NCBI GenBank assembly: GCA_965218975.1
Contig: OZ244717.1
Coordinates: 832,001-896,000, forward strand
Length of the DNA stretch: 64,000 bases
Direction of reading: 5' to 3'
From: Candidatus Oxydemutatoraceae bacterium
GTDB lineage: Bacteria > Pseudomonadota > Gammaproteobacteria > Poriferisulfidales > Oxydemutatoraceae
Both the position numbers and the translations under genes were made by a program. The number at the start of each line of letters is the position of its first letter. Position 1 is the first letter of the stretch. The notes under the pieces are model-generated. The model had not been told where the DNA came from. It searched no databases and saw nothing but the letters and a program-made list of their open reading frames with translations. This document shows, piece by piece, positions 22,401-29,670 of this stretch.

Positions 22401-25400
22401 GATACGCTTGAAGAAGACGACAGCACGGTGACGGTTACCGTCATAGGCGGTATGGATTATGCGGTCGGTATTGAGAACAGTGCTTCGGTGCGTGTTGTCG
22501 ACGACGACGTCAACGTGGCACCGGCATTCATCAGTGCAGCAAGTTTTGAGGTCAACGAAGGGCAGACAGTAGTCGGCACAGTGACGGCTGAGGATGCGAA
22601 CATAGAGGACGAAGTGACGTATTTGATTACCGGTGACGGTGCAGATGATGCCTTGTTTGATATTGACTCGTCTTCGGGCGAACTGAGCTTCACAACCGCA
22701 CCGGACTATGAGAATCCGGTGGATGCGGATGAAGACAATAACTACATGCTCACGGTGACGGCGAGCGGCGGCACGGACGCTCGGGCGTTGACGACGACGC
22801 AAGCGATTACGGTGGCGGTGCTTGATGTGGCTACGACGATTACGATTACGGCGGCAGAGCCGATGGTAACGGAAGGCGAGCCGGCGGTGTTCGTGTTTGA
22901 GGGGACCGACGCGTCGGATTTGTTTGTGTTCTTTACGGTAGTTGAGTCCGGCGAGGTGCTTGTGGCTCCAACGCCTTCTGGTATTTCTTTTGGACCTGCT
23001 TCCGAGACAGTGATGCTCAGCGTTGCCACCATTGATGATACGCTTGAAGAAGACGACAGCACGGTGACGGTTACCATTGGTGTCGACGATATGGGTTTTT
23101 ATGAAGTCGGTATTGAGAACAGTGCTTCGGTGCGTGTTGTCGACAACGACGTCAACGTGGCGCCGGTATTCACCAGTGCAGCAAGTTTTGAGGTCAACGA
23201 AGGGGAGACGGTAGTCGGCACGGTGACGGCTGCGGATGCGAACATAGAAGACGAAGTGACGTATTCGATTACCAACGGTGCGGATGATGCCCTGTTTGAC
23301 ATTAACCCGTCTTCGGGCGAGTTGAGTTTCGCCATCGCACCGGACGTTGAGGCGGATAAGGTTTATATGCTCACGGTGACGGCGACCGGCGGCACGGACG
23401 CTCGGGCATTGACAACAACGCAAGAGATTGAGGTGACGGTGCTGGATGTGCCGACTACAATTACGATTACGGCGGACGAGGCAGAGGTCATAGAAGGCGA
23501 ACCGGCGATGCTTACACTCAGCCGGACAGACGCGACGGATGCGCCGGCATTGACAGTGAACATTACGGTAGATGCGACCGTCGGAGTGCTTGCGGATGCG
23601 GCGCCTGAAATGGTGACTTTTGACGCCGGTTCTGCGACAACGATGCTCAGCCTTGCCACCGTCATTGATGATACGTTCGGTGTCAGAACGGTGACGGTTA
23701 CCGTGAACGACGGTGTGGATTATGAGGTCGGTATTGAGAATAGCGCCGAGGTGCGGGTGGTTGACAAGGATGTCGTGCCCGGTGCGCCGGCGAATTTGGC
23801 AGCCGAGGCGGGCGACACACAGGCGGTCCTAAGTTGGGACGTACCTGCCGATTCCGGCACTGCGCCGATCGACCGCTACGAATATCGCGTGAGTGCCGAC
23901 GGCGGGAATATTTGGGATCCGGACTGGACGGCCGCCGGTGATGCGACGAGCGAAGTCGGAACTCAAATCGTATCGAACTTAGTCAACGGCACGGAATACA
24001 CATTTGAAGTGCGTGCGGTCAGTGCGGCGGGCAACAGCGCAGCCGCACGCATCACGGCAACACCGATAGTTGATGATACAGGGGCTAGCCTAACTTTACG
24101 CCGCATAGGCGACAAAAATGGCTATGATTTGATTGCCGATGTGCTCGCAAACGCCGAGGTGTCGGCAGACGGCAGTTTTGAAGTGGCGGTAGGTTCCGAC
24201 ATCGTATCGTGCACCGGTTGTGATAGCTTGGAAGCGTTTACAGCCTGCGAGGATACAAGCCAATTATGCCCGCTTAAATTTGATGATGAAAACCGGCGGC
24301 TATTTTTGCAGCAATTGGGCTTTACCGCAGTGATTTGGCGTGCGAAAGATGCAAACGGTAATATTTTCACCGGCGGTGCGGAAATTACGGATTATGACAT
24401 TGACGGCAGTTTGGAAGGTGTCGCATTTGCTCAACTATTTTATGTCGCACCGATTGTAGGTCTTGCGAATCGGAGTCAATATATCCCTCAAGACAGCAGT
24501 TCGACGATTACGATTGAGATTGATGTCCGGTCTGCCGAACTCGAACTCGAACTCGAACTTGGGCTTGAGGCAGAAGACTTTTCTGTAGAAGGAACATTGC
24601 CTCCTTGGACTTTCACTTCTATGCCTCTAGCTGTAATAGCGGATGGCGCTGCGTTAGAAGATGGCAATAGCGCGACAATCAGGCTGCTTGAGAACGACCT
24701 GAGTATGGATAGCGAAATGCCGGGTCTCCCGACGCTGTCTAATCCGGGAAGCGAAACTGATATTATGGTGGTCTATAACGATCCTTCCACACGTTTTTAT
24801 ACTGTAACTCGTAGTTTATTTATAGTTCGCGAACTTGACGTGCCGGCTTCATTCGGATTCAGGGTTCCGTTTAGAGTATTGGCTCTGGTCGATAATGAGG
24901 AAAGACGTTATGTGAAAGTGTCGGAGTTGGCTGATCAGGGCTTAACGTTCAAATCAACTCCGGCGGAGACCGGTGTACTCGTACGAGGCGAGTGGACGGT
25001 TAACATCATTGACGACTTGACGAATCCCGAGAGCGAGGCCTTTGAGATTCCGGCCTGTCCGGACGACACCACCGAGTGTTCGGTTATGGGTAATTTTACC
25101 CCGACGGAAGAAACTCCTCTGGTTATAAGAGGTGTCTTTGCCGGCGCCGGTTTTGATGCGAATAGTAGTGAGAGATTGACGACGACAATAACACAAACAA
25201 TATACGTCAATATAGTTGATGATCAATTATTGCCGGATAGGATAGACGATCTGGACGTTGACGGAGTTCGAGATGTCTATGCGGCTGGTGATGATAGCGC
25301 GATGAGCAATGTGAAGTTTAACAGAGATAATAGAGAGTTTCTTTATGCCGGAGATGAGACGGAGAACGATAGAGGGTTGACTTTAATTATTACCACAGGG

Positions 25401-26069
25401 GACGGTAAAGATGGCGAGGAGGACGGTTCAGCCATTCAAAAACCCGCTGTAGGTCTATTTTCAGTGGTAATAAGGTCGGTGACGGAAAATGCAATGCCGC
25501 ATTGGTCTGCGCTGATTGCCGAGAGCGAGGAGGATGCCGAAATAATAGGGATTGGCACACCACCGGCCTACGCAGGCAGCGGTGTCTATGATTTTGAAGT
25601 AATTTTTGATGTGGATAACTTTGACTTGCAAGCGCGGGTGGTTATTCCGCAACGTGAACCTATAGTCGAAGGCTCGGTCTATTACGAATATATCAATGGC
25701 GATTGGTGGGAGATTGATATGTCCGAAGCCGATCGTACCTATTCGGCGCCGAGGACTTCAGACAATCCTTGCCCAAGTCCCGATGCTATAGCGTATTGGA
25801 CGCCGGGTCTCAATGCGGGCCATCGCTGTGTGCTGCTGGAGGTCACAGATGGCGGGTTGAATGATGCCGATAGTGAAGCAAACGGCATTGTTGCAAATAC
25901 GGGTGCGATCGGCGGTAGCAGTGTCGTCGTCGATAGACGGCGCGGCGGCGGCGGTGCGGTCGGCTTGTGGTGGCTGCTTCTGTTCGTCGGTATCATTTTG
26001 GCGGCGATGGTCTTGAAACGCCGGAATGCAAGACCGACGCGGCGGATTTCACTTCAAAGTTTGCGCTAA
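10425..26069 (+). CDS. Giant repetitive surface adhesin (Ig-like repeats, LRR, PKD-like, FN3, Calx-beta, cadherin; GlyGly-CTERM)
   Basis: ORF 10314-26069; probable start MLKFCC with signal peptide ending PAHA; LRR (LNLSLNELSSLPAGVFNGL); cadherin (APDFENPTD); C-terminus GGGGAVGLWWLLL...KRR. Confidence 0.9.
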   Translation: MLKFCCSRALPRAQSFSFGLCLLAVLIASVYVEPAHAQTAPAIIDINIVSQPALGGTYLFDETIEVALTFDETVIVTGVPLIELNIGGPSTARYVSGSGRDTLIFAYTVEADVFDGGAGISVVENALAQDGDIDMGHRGGAGVAIVSDDDTPINLSNSARDFPDVRVDGRDNPTLTAIDIVSQPALGGTYLFGETIEVALTFDETVTVTGVPLIELNIGGPRTARYVRGSGNDTLIFAYTVEADVFDDGDGISVVENTLAQDGDINMGHRGGAGVAIVSDDDTPIDLSNSARDFPDVRVDGRDNPTLTAIDIVSQPASGDTYLFDETIEVALTFDETVTVTGVPLIELNIGGPRTARYVRGSGSDTLIFAYTVEADVFDDGDGISVVENTLAQDGDINMGHRGGAGVAIVSDDDTPINLSNSARDFPDVRVDGRDNPTLTAIDIVSQPALGGTYLFDETIEVALTFDETVTVTGVPLIELNIGGPSTARYVRGSGSDTLIFAYTVEADVFDDGDGISVVENTLAQDGDINMGHRGGAGVAIVSDDDTPIDLSNSAQDFPDVRVDGSDNPTLLLLGYTGFYALVGDFFTAGRELAMPLITGPNANGYLLQSVELPVTRPDVAGFSDLTVALRSASEDGPGDVLATFTAPGDDVSGRPTFTLPSRAFLQPNTTYFISYLNNSTATFNFFAAQIGDLETGSFEWISAISPNCGANDPTITLCLYIRDMPSAPWGGAPLITGVPAEYFGALITRTEVRIIDIVSQPASGDTYLFDETIEVALTFDETVTVTGVPLIELNIGGPSTARYVSGSGSDTLIFAYTVEADVFDGGAGISVVENALAQDGDIDMGHRGGAGVAIVSDDDTPINLSNSARNFPDVFVDGRLLCARTLQVREAILNALPGVTDCAAITDADLNSIIELDLAEMEITALKVRDFAGLAAMTTLNLSLNELSSLPAGVFNGLVALTALNLNNNQLSDLSAGIFNFLPTSLTELTLHENELSPAAFPDGVFERFRSLRSITLFGNPGSDSFRPLANAGPERTVRVGETVTLDGIATDGGPFGTNLIFAWLQAEEDAIPITLTGADTATPTFIVPTDAPVGSVFRFDLRVTGRGEYRASAQAPAEHLTTYDRTTVTVTILAPTGLSATAGHKRVILEWMTGDGGGSAITHYQYRQKADGEDFSGWMNIPDGDDADSDAGNETSYTVTGLTNGTSYLFQVRAVNALGAHSEATAEVGARPFLIEIATGDLAITDFYAGPFSGLLDITPNEQVIARPVFVFVGFIGGVRMSGIEPDEIEIGNGEILLVRVGDECGFATPVPDNVICIEILPTGPNGSQLTMSLPADVADLGNAAAPDFYRREIVRSDGIMAEAVSMPDGPILTSEPFVVTFTFSGDGILIGIRGAAADNVPFPLEDYLEPEEIEVVYSPPAPSGGTFIRLEVSNSSASMGHTNIDITLRARQRYEGVLTVILPAGSARNIYGDSLPETSFSIEVDTFHPIGIVASSTFVVEGTTAVFTLMRDGLIDRETEVTVEVTETNEMVAAADEGRKSVAFAAGSSTAIFSVPTVEDISDEDDSVVTVRVNEVGSDYVVDMTQNIATVTIRDNDAVPDAPADLAAAAGDTYAVLSWDAPADPGASPIERYEYRASSDAGTVWNPDWTDAGDATSGVRTQVVSNLTNDTEYTFEVRAVSAIGNGTTAQVTATPSSATAVFILMFNPTEYTVNESEGRVELTLRLTGVGRAPQDKVTVTVSTRDGSAVTPQKYAAINNATIVFEPEEGVTELTQTVTVQIVNDIVLTPDDQSFSVVITDGTAAHSDDTVVIDRGRSEATVTIFDDGVGPRWDYTQELPSTVNESTAMNTVSIRLGQGEGLFDGIYTIMLEVGGTATFGEDYIIEFVSGRNVGSRTLPFTKGDRLMRPIEFMDGRDDESGIHIRELRLRLVVTDDTVYEADETIELRLTTSHPAATVSDDTTQTITLIDNDTTPVLSLSVGAIVIDEGASVDITVMTTATGSVYAEDQTITLEFTGDAMPEDDYTVSVDGSPLSSPYELTLPAGASSVTATITATEDTEIEADETITLTARHEGDTIGEETIMITDNDADVVTYTVSFDPTEYTVNESDGQVELTLTLIDEGRDPRGVVSVAVVTRGNSALGSLDYVTVPSNNPNLVEFNPGDVRLMSVIQILDDAILETEEIFEVLIFSVSAEHSDDEVVIGLGQDEATVTIVDDDAELNAAPVFTSSLSFEVNEGQTVVGMVTAEDANIEDEVMYSITGDADDVLFAIDPSSGELSFAAAPDFENPTDADMNNNYMLTVAAIGGTNVRALTTTQAITVTVLDVPTTITITADEAEVTEGESAVFVFERTDATDAPALTVNITVDATVGVLADAAPEMVTFDAGSATAELSLATDDDTLEEDDSVVTVTIIDDVGYRIGIENSASVRVVDDDVNVAPVFSSSESFEVNEGQTVVGTVTAEDANPQDEVMYSVTGGVDEALFTIDSSSGELSFTTAPDYENPMDADMNNNYMLTVTASGGTDARALTTTQAITVTVLDVVTTITITADEAEVIEGESAVFVFERTDATDAPVLAVNITVDDPDGVLAATAPEMVTFDAGSATAELSLATDDDTLEEDDSVVTVTIIDDVGYRIGIENSASVRVVDNDAVPGAPAELAAAAGDTHAVLSWDAPADPGTSPINHYEYRASSDAGTVWDPDWTSAGDATSEVRTQIVTDLTNDTEYTFEVRAVSAAGNGAAAQVTATPSSATAVFILTFDPSEYMVNESEGRVELTLRLTGVGRAPQDAVTVTFSARDGSAIAFEDYSGQQVENAEVVFSSANAQLSETLNIPIVDDIVFEPDDESFSVVIDNVSAAHSDDTVVIDRGRSEATVTIVDDGLAPIWNLQELPSIVNESTAMDTVSIILQNEGEALVEFYTIMLEVGGTATFGEDYIIEFVNAFILTGGSATIIPLTEGELLMRPIEIRDGPTISLGVLSFRLVVTDDTVYEADETIELRLSVTGHPAATVSDDTTQTITLIDNDTTPVLSLSSLSVGATEINEGASTDVVVEITNESVYAEDQTIALEFTGDAMPEDDYTVSVDGSPLPSPYELTLPAGASSVTATITATDDTEIEVDETITITARHEGDTIGEETITITSNDADVATFTVSFDPAEYTVNESDGQVELTLTLIGEGRGPQDDVTVTFSARDGSAVTFEDYVGQQVENAEVVFSSANAQLSATLNIPIVDDIVFEPDDEVFSVVIDDVTAAHSDDTAMIDQGEATVTIVDNDDEPELVLSVDMTAIDEGASVAIRIEITSEELTTESVFAEDQTITLEFDGTATEDDYTVSVDGSPHELILKAEEFEASATIMALIDDMTAEGNETIMITARHEGEMIGEETITIIDNVAPVFSGEVIFEIEEGLTMVGTMTAEDANPQDEVRYSVTGDGADDALFDIDPSSGELSFTTAPDYENPMDADTDNVYMLIVTAVGGTDVRALTTTQAITVTVLDVVTTITITADEAEVTEGESAVFVFERTDATDAPVLAVNITVDDPDGVLAAAAPEMVTFDAGSATAELSLATDDDTLEEDDSTVTVTIIDDVGYRIGIENSASVRVVDDDVNVAPAFTSAASFEVNEGQTVVGTVTAEDANIEDEVTYSITGGADDALFDIDSSSGELSFTTAPDFENPTDADMNNNYMLTVTASGGTDARALTTTQAITVTVLDVATTITITADEAEVIEGESAVFVFERTDATDAPVLAVNITVDDPDGVLAATAPEMVTFDAGSATAELSLATDDDTLEEDDSVVTVTIIDGADYRIGIENSASVRVVDDDVNVAPAFISAASFEVNEGETVVDTVTAADANIEDEVMYSVTGGADDALFDIDSSSGELSFTTAPDYENPTDVDTDNVYMLIVAAIGGTDVRALTTTQAITVTVLDVVTTITITADEAEITEGESAVFVFERTDATDAPVLAVNITVDDSGGVLAAAAPEMVTFDAGSATTELSLATDDDTLEEDDSTVTVTVIGGMDYAVGIENSASVRVVDDDVNVAPAFISAASFEVNEGQTVVGTVTAEDANIEDEVTYLITGDGADDALFDIDSSSGELSFTTAPDYENPVDADEDNNYMLTVTASGGTDARALTTTQAITVAVLDVATTITITAAEPMVTEGEPAVFVFEGTDASDLFVFFTVVESGEVLVAPTPSGISFGPASETVMLSVATIDDTLEEDDSTVTVTIGVDDMGFYEVGIENSASVRVVDNDVNVAPVFTSAASFEVNEGETVVGTVTAADANIEDEVTYSITNGADDALFDINPSSGELSFAIAPDVEADKVYMLTVTATGGTDARALTTTQEIEVTVLDVPTTITITADEAEVIEGEPAMLTLSRTDATDAPALTVNITVDATVGVLADAAPEMVTFDAGSATTMLSLATVIDDTFGVRTVTVTVNDGVDYEVGIENSAEVRVVDKDVVPGAPANLAAEAGDTQAVLSWDVPADSGTAPIDRYEYRVSADGGNIWDPDWTAAGDATSEVGTQIVSNLVNGTEYTFEVRAVSAAGNSAAARITATPIVDDTGASLTLRRIGDKNGYDLIADVLANAEVSADGSFEVAVGSDIVSCTGCDSLEAFTACEDTSQLCPLKFDDENRRLFLQQLGFTAVIWRAKDANGNIFTGGAEITDYDIDGSLEGVAFAQLFYVAPIVGLANRSQYIPQDSSSTITIEIDVRSAELELELELGLEAEDFSVEGTLPPWTFTSMPLAVIADGAALEDGNSATIRLLENDLSMDSEMPGLPTLSNPGSETDIMVVYNDPSTRFYTVTRSLFIVRELDVPASFGFRVPFRVLALVDNEERRYVKVSELADQGLTFKSTPAETGVLVRGEWTVNIIDDLTNPESEAFEIPACPDDTTECSVMGNFTPTEETPLVIRGVFAGAGFDANSSERLTTTITQTIYVNIVDDQLLPDRIDDLDVDGVRDVYAAGDDSAMSNVKFNRDNREFLYAGDETENDRGLTLIITTGDGKDGEEDGSAIQKPAVGLFSVVIRSVTENAMPHWSALIAESEEDAEIIGIGTPPAYAGSGVYDFEVIFDVDNFDLQARVVIPQREPIVEGSVYYEYINGDWWEIDMSEADRTYSAPRTSDNPCPSPDAIAYWTPGLNAGHRCVLLEVTDGGLNDADSEANGIVANTGAIGGSSVVVDRRRGGGGAVGLWWLLLFVGIILAAMVLKRRNARPTRRISLQSLR
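10564..12136 (+). repeat. Four near-identical 396-bp (132 aa) coding tandem repeats; fifth copy at 12694-13049
   Basis: ATATCGTATCGCAACCGGCAT recurs at 10564, 10960, 11356, 11752 and 12694. Confidence 0.95.
17095..23770 (+). repeat. ~642-bp cadherin plus Calx-beta-like repeat units in two clusters, separated by a second FN3/Calx-beta block
   Basis: The N(V/A)AP.F motif recurs with about 642-bp period (two units from about 17095, five from about 20584). Confidence 0.85.
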
Positions 26070-26145
26070 AGCTGATCTGCCCGGTATGTATTTGATGCCG
26101 GTTTAAGTCGGATACAATACTCCCGCAGCGAGTGTACGATGCCAC

Positions 26146-26687
26146 TGTACGATGGCACCCTAAATAGGATTCTTGAAGCGCTTCCAGAGAAGCGTTCGGC
26201 AGTAACATTCGGATCAGTGCTTTCTGTCCGTTGGCGGCATGAGGGCGGTGCAAAGGGTGAGACGCGCCCGGAAAACCGATCGGTTTTCAGCGACGAACGA
26301 CCCGACAAGGACGTCGGGACCGGGCCGGGGTTCATTCATAGAACCAAGTCTCGTCATGAACGACAAACACTGTGCCGACAACCCGTCGGCGCCTCTTGCG
26401 CGGCGCTTTGCCGCGATCATGCAATGCACTGAGTCCAATGCGGCGATAATGTCGGCACCGGCGGTACAAAGTACTGCGACCGACCTTGAATGCGTTAGGA
26501 GGTTACACCCTCCCAAAATGAGGACAGCATATTTCTGTCGAGGCTTAGAGCGCTCGTGAACCTCCATTTTGTTGGCTAAATTGGTTCATATAGAAACCTT
26601 TGATGCGGTGGCCAATGTGTTGATATTGCATATCGGTCACCTTTTTGAGTTAAGCTGTGAGTCCCCATGTGTATACGGCACTATACA
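26146..26687 (-). repeat. Right long inverted arm / MITE-like unit
   Basis: TGTACGATGGCACCC...CGGCACTATACA; inverted homolog of 9276-10098 with only one 98-bp unit. Confidence 0.85.
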
Positions 26688-26783
26688 CTCTAGGACACTA
26701 CAACGGTTTTTTGGCGGAAGTTGGGTAACCCTATGAAAAATAAAGGATTTATTTCTCAATCTAGACAAAACCTACGAAGTCAA
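26688..26783 (-). mobile_element. Diverged IS1634 left end
   Basis: Reverse complement TTGACTTCGTAGGTTTTG...AAATAAATCCTTTATT..TCATAGGGTTACCC matches 2798 onward; the terminal base is missing. Confidence 0.88.
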
Positions 26784-26813
26784 CAGCGGTCGCTTGAATC
26801 AGGCGACCGCTGT
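26783..26813 (-). terminator. Hairpin downstream of ppc
   Basis: ACAGCGGTCGC-9 nt-GCGACCGCTGT 11-bp stem; weak U tract. Confidence 0.55.
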
Positions 26814-26901
26814 GCCGTTGCAGGCATTTCTTGTATTAAATGAGAGCATTATTTTTTTCACCATAATTGTCTCCTATTCTTTGTATTTTCTTTGTGAAAA
26901 T

Positions 26902-29640
26902 TTAACCTGTCCAACCTAATCCGGTGGCGATGCAATTAATTGACAACAATAGCGCAACCAGTTTTTTTTGATAGACTTCTTCCTGATCGGGGCTTAAACT
27001 GCGGAACTCTTCTACCAATTTAACTTGTTCCATACCTGCCTGATCCACAACAGCCTTACGTCGTTGCAAGTAGCGCAAAAAGTATGGGAATCTTTCGCAT
27101 AGCGTTTTTTCCCCAGTGATTTTCAGCAGCATTTCAATACTCAATAAATACTCTTCTCGGATTAGTTCGAAGATTGTATCTCGGATGGTTCGATCCGTTA
27201 CCAGACCGGCGTATGCGCGGGCAATTTCAAGATTGACTTGCAATAGATTTCTTTCCACTTCATTGACGATTAATGCAAGCGGAGGATAGCACTGTGACAT
27301 TTTAATTAGCAAGGGTAATTCTTTTTGTTCAACCATATACCGAACCGCAGCGCCAAAACCAAACCAACCCGGCACCATCATACGATTTTGCGACCATGCA
27401 AACACCCATGGAATGGCGCGTAAGTCGTCTAGAGATTGACTGTTTGAACGGCGTGCGGGACGTGAACCGATTTTTAGCAGTTTCAACTCTTCGATGGGGC
27501 TTGCCTGCCGATAAAATTCAACCAACCCTTTCTGTGCCGCCAATTTTCGATATCTCGCGTATGACGTCTGTGCCATTGTTTCCATTATTGCGCGGTAGGA
27601 ATCGGGATATGTATCGTCGCTGTTAAACTCTGTCAGTAGGACTTGTTTGAGTGTGCCGACGCATAAGGCTTCCAGATGATATTCTGCGGTACCGCGGTTG
27701 GCATATTTCGCGGATACGACTTCGCCTTGTTCGGTCACGCGCATTTTTTTGGTGATCGTTAGAGGAGGTTGCGCCAAAACCGCTTCATCAATCGGAGCGC
27801 CGCCGCGACTACTAGACCCGCCGCGACCATGAAAAAATGACACATGGATTCCGAGTTCTTTTCCGCTATCGTGTAGCTTGGATTGCGCTTTATTCAACTC
27901 CCAGTTGGAGCAGAAAAATCCCCCGTCTTTATTAGAATCCGAATAGCCGATCATGATTTCTTGGAGGTGATTATTTGTAGCAATCGTGCGTTTTACGACG
28001 GCACATTCGAATACTTCCTTTAAAGTGCTCGGTCCGCGGCGCAAATCGCCGATTGTTTCTAACAGCGGAACAATCAGGATATTGCAATGTTTATTATGAT
28101 TCTTGCCGGAAAACAATCCGGCAAATTTTGCTAACAGGTACGCATTAAGCCAATCGGCGCTTGATTGCGTCATGCTTAAAATGAAATGATTAATTTCACG
28201 ATCGCGCAGGGTACGCTTTGTATTACCAATGGTATAAAAAGTATTTAAGGTCTCGGTTGTCGGTTCCGACAATGTCGGCCATTCAGGCAATCGTTCCCAT
28301 GGAGCATCGATTTGTTCAATCAACCATTGTCGGTACGCGTTCACGTCGGAAGGTAGTTGTTGTTTAGTTTTTTCCAGCAACTCATGCAACGTGTCGTTAA
28401 TGCGTTGTGAATGTTCTCTAAAATCAATCCCAAACGTATGAAATCCGAAACTCTTAGATTTTTTAATCAGTTGTAAAACATCATAGTAAGCGATTTCCTC
28501 AGCACCTATGTCGCACAAGCAACGATAAATCACTTCTAATTCATCGCAGAAATCATCAATGTGACTATACTGCGGAGTACCCCGACTGTGCCAGGTGTGT
28601 TCTAGTTTATCCAACATGCATTTTAAGTACTGCCGAAATAGCTCACCGGGATTACGCGCTTGGATTTCTTCTTGTTGCTTGGTTTCGGCAAATAGTTTGT
28701 TTAATTCCGACTTAAAATAATCCGGCACTTTGACGGCATGTTCGGCAATGCTGAAGTGGGAAAGCAGCGTTCGAAGCTCGCGGTACAGGTGTGTAAACGC
28801 GGCAGTGCGCGCGGTTTGTAAGGCTTTGGCTGAGATATCCGCGGTTACAAAAGGGTTCCCGTCACGGTCCCCTCCGATCCACGAACCGAATTGCAAGCGC
28901 GGAAGTTGAGTACCGGTGCGATGTTCAGGATAAAATTTGCCAAGCGCTGTATCTAGACGTAGATGTAGCGTGTTTATTGCATCAAATATCGAACTTTCGA
29001 AAAAATATAATCCCCAAGCAATTTCATCCTCGACTGATGGTTTTTCCCGACGAATTTCGCCGGTCATCCATAACAAATCTATTTCTCCGTACAGTTGCAC
29101 AATCAGTTTATTACGCTCGTTCGGAGTCCAACGTTCTAACTCCAACTGTTTTAGCAACAGGTAAATGCGGCGATGTATCTTAAGTACCGTGATACGCTTT
29201 GCTTCGGTCGGATGAGCGGTAATGACGGGTTCAATATATAGTTGTTCGAGATTTTTACGAATATTGGTATATGGAATGCCTAACTTTTTTGTTTCGCATA
29301 ACAGTTGCGCAAAAGTGTTGTCGTTATATTCGGTTCCCAAATAGGTTTCAATTTCACGTCGCCGTCGGATGGAAGTGTTTTCTTCAAGAATGTTGATTAA
29401 TTGAAACCAAATGCTCCGTGCCTGCATCGTGTACAGTAACTCCTGATCGTCGGCGGGGCGTTTTTCTCCTTCGAATAAAGGTCTGATTTCAGGGTGTCGT
29501 TTGTCGATAATACGTAGGAGTAAATCCTTAAATAATTGTTTTAGATTTTCAGCGTATCTGTAAGCATATTCCCGAATTTCCTCAATATCCGAACCTTGAG
29601 CAGGTGGCGCTGCCGGTTCGAAATGAGGAAACTTTTGCAT
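26902..29640 (-). CDS. ppc: Phosphoenolpyruvate carboxylase
   Basis: TAHPTE, GGDRDGNP, GYSDSNKDGG, FHGRGG and LRAIPWVFAW motifs. Confidence 0.97.
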   Translation of the reverse strand: MQKFPHFEPAAPPAQGSDIEEIREYAYRYAENLKQLFKDLLLRIIDKRHPEIRPLFEGEKRPADDQELLYTMQARSIWFQLINILEENTSIRRRREIETYLGTEYNDNTFAQLLCETKKLGIPYTNIRKNLEQLYIEPVITAHPTEAKRITVLKIHRRIYLLLKQLELERWTPNERNKLIVQLYGEIDLLWMTGEIRREKPSVEDEIAWGLYFFESSIFDAINTLHLRLDTALGKFYPEHRTGTQLPRLQFGSWIGGDRDGNPFVTADISAKALQTARTAAFTHLYRELRTLLSHFSIAEHAVKVPDYFKSELNKLFAETKQQEEIQARNPGELFRQYLKCMLDKLEHTWHSRGTPQYSHIDDFCDELEVIYRCLCDIGAEEIAYYDVLQLIKKSKSFGFHTFGIDFREHSQRINDTLHELLEKTKQQLPSDVNAYRQWLIEQIDAPWERLPEWPTLSEPTTETLNTFYTIGNTKRTLRDREINHFILSMTQSSADWLNAYLLAKFAGLFSGKNHNKHCNILIVPLLETIGDLRRGPSTLKEVFECAVVKRTIATNNHLQEIMIGYSDSNKDGGFFCSNWELNKAQSKLHDSGKELGIHVSFFHGRGGSSSRGGAPIDEAVLAQPPLTITKKMRVTEQGEVVSAKYANRGTAEYHLEALCVGTLKQVLLTEFNSDDTYPDSYRAIMETMAQTSYARYRKLAAQKGLVEFYRQASPIEELKLLKIGSRPARRSNSQSLDDLRAIPWVFAWSQNRMMVPGWFGFGAAVRYMVEQKELPLLIKMSQCYPPLALIVNEVERNLLQVNLEIARAYAGLVTDRTIRDTIFELIREEYLLSIEMLLKITGEKTLCERFPYFLRYLQRRKAVVDQAGMEQVKLVEEFRSLSPDQEEVYQKKLVALLLSINCIATGLGWTG

Positions 29641-29670
29641 CCTGGCTCTATGGGCAAGGCCCAGCGACGC

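Larger units (their letters stand above)
8999..26783. mobile_element. Nested non-autonomous cargo element: IS1634 ends, long inverted arms, giant adhesin
   Basis: IS1634 right end (reversed) at 8999, IS1634 left end (reversed) ending 26783, flanking 130/161-bp direct repeat, inner inverted arms 9276-10098 and 26146-26687. Confidence 0.88.

Noticed and set aside
24537-24560. (GAACTC)n repeat encoding ELELELEL
   Set aside because: In-frame hexamer; slippage would only change length slightly.
10368-25996. Long antisense ORFs (e.g. 979 aa at 20484-23423, 551 aa at 10368-12023)
   Set aside because: Shadows of the repetitive, codon-biased adhesin gene.
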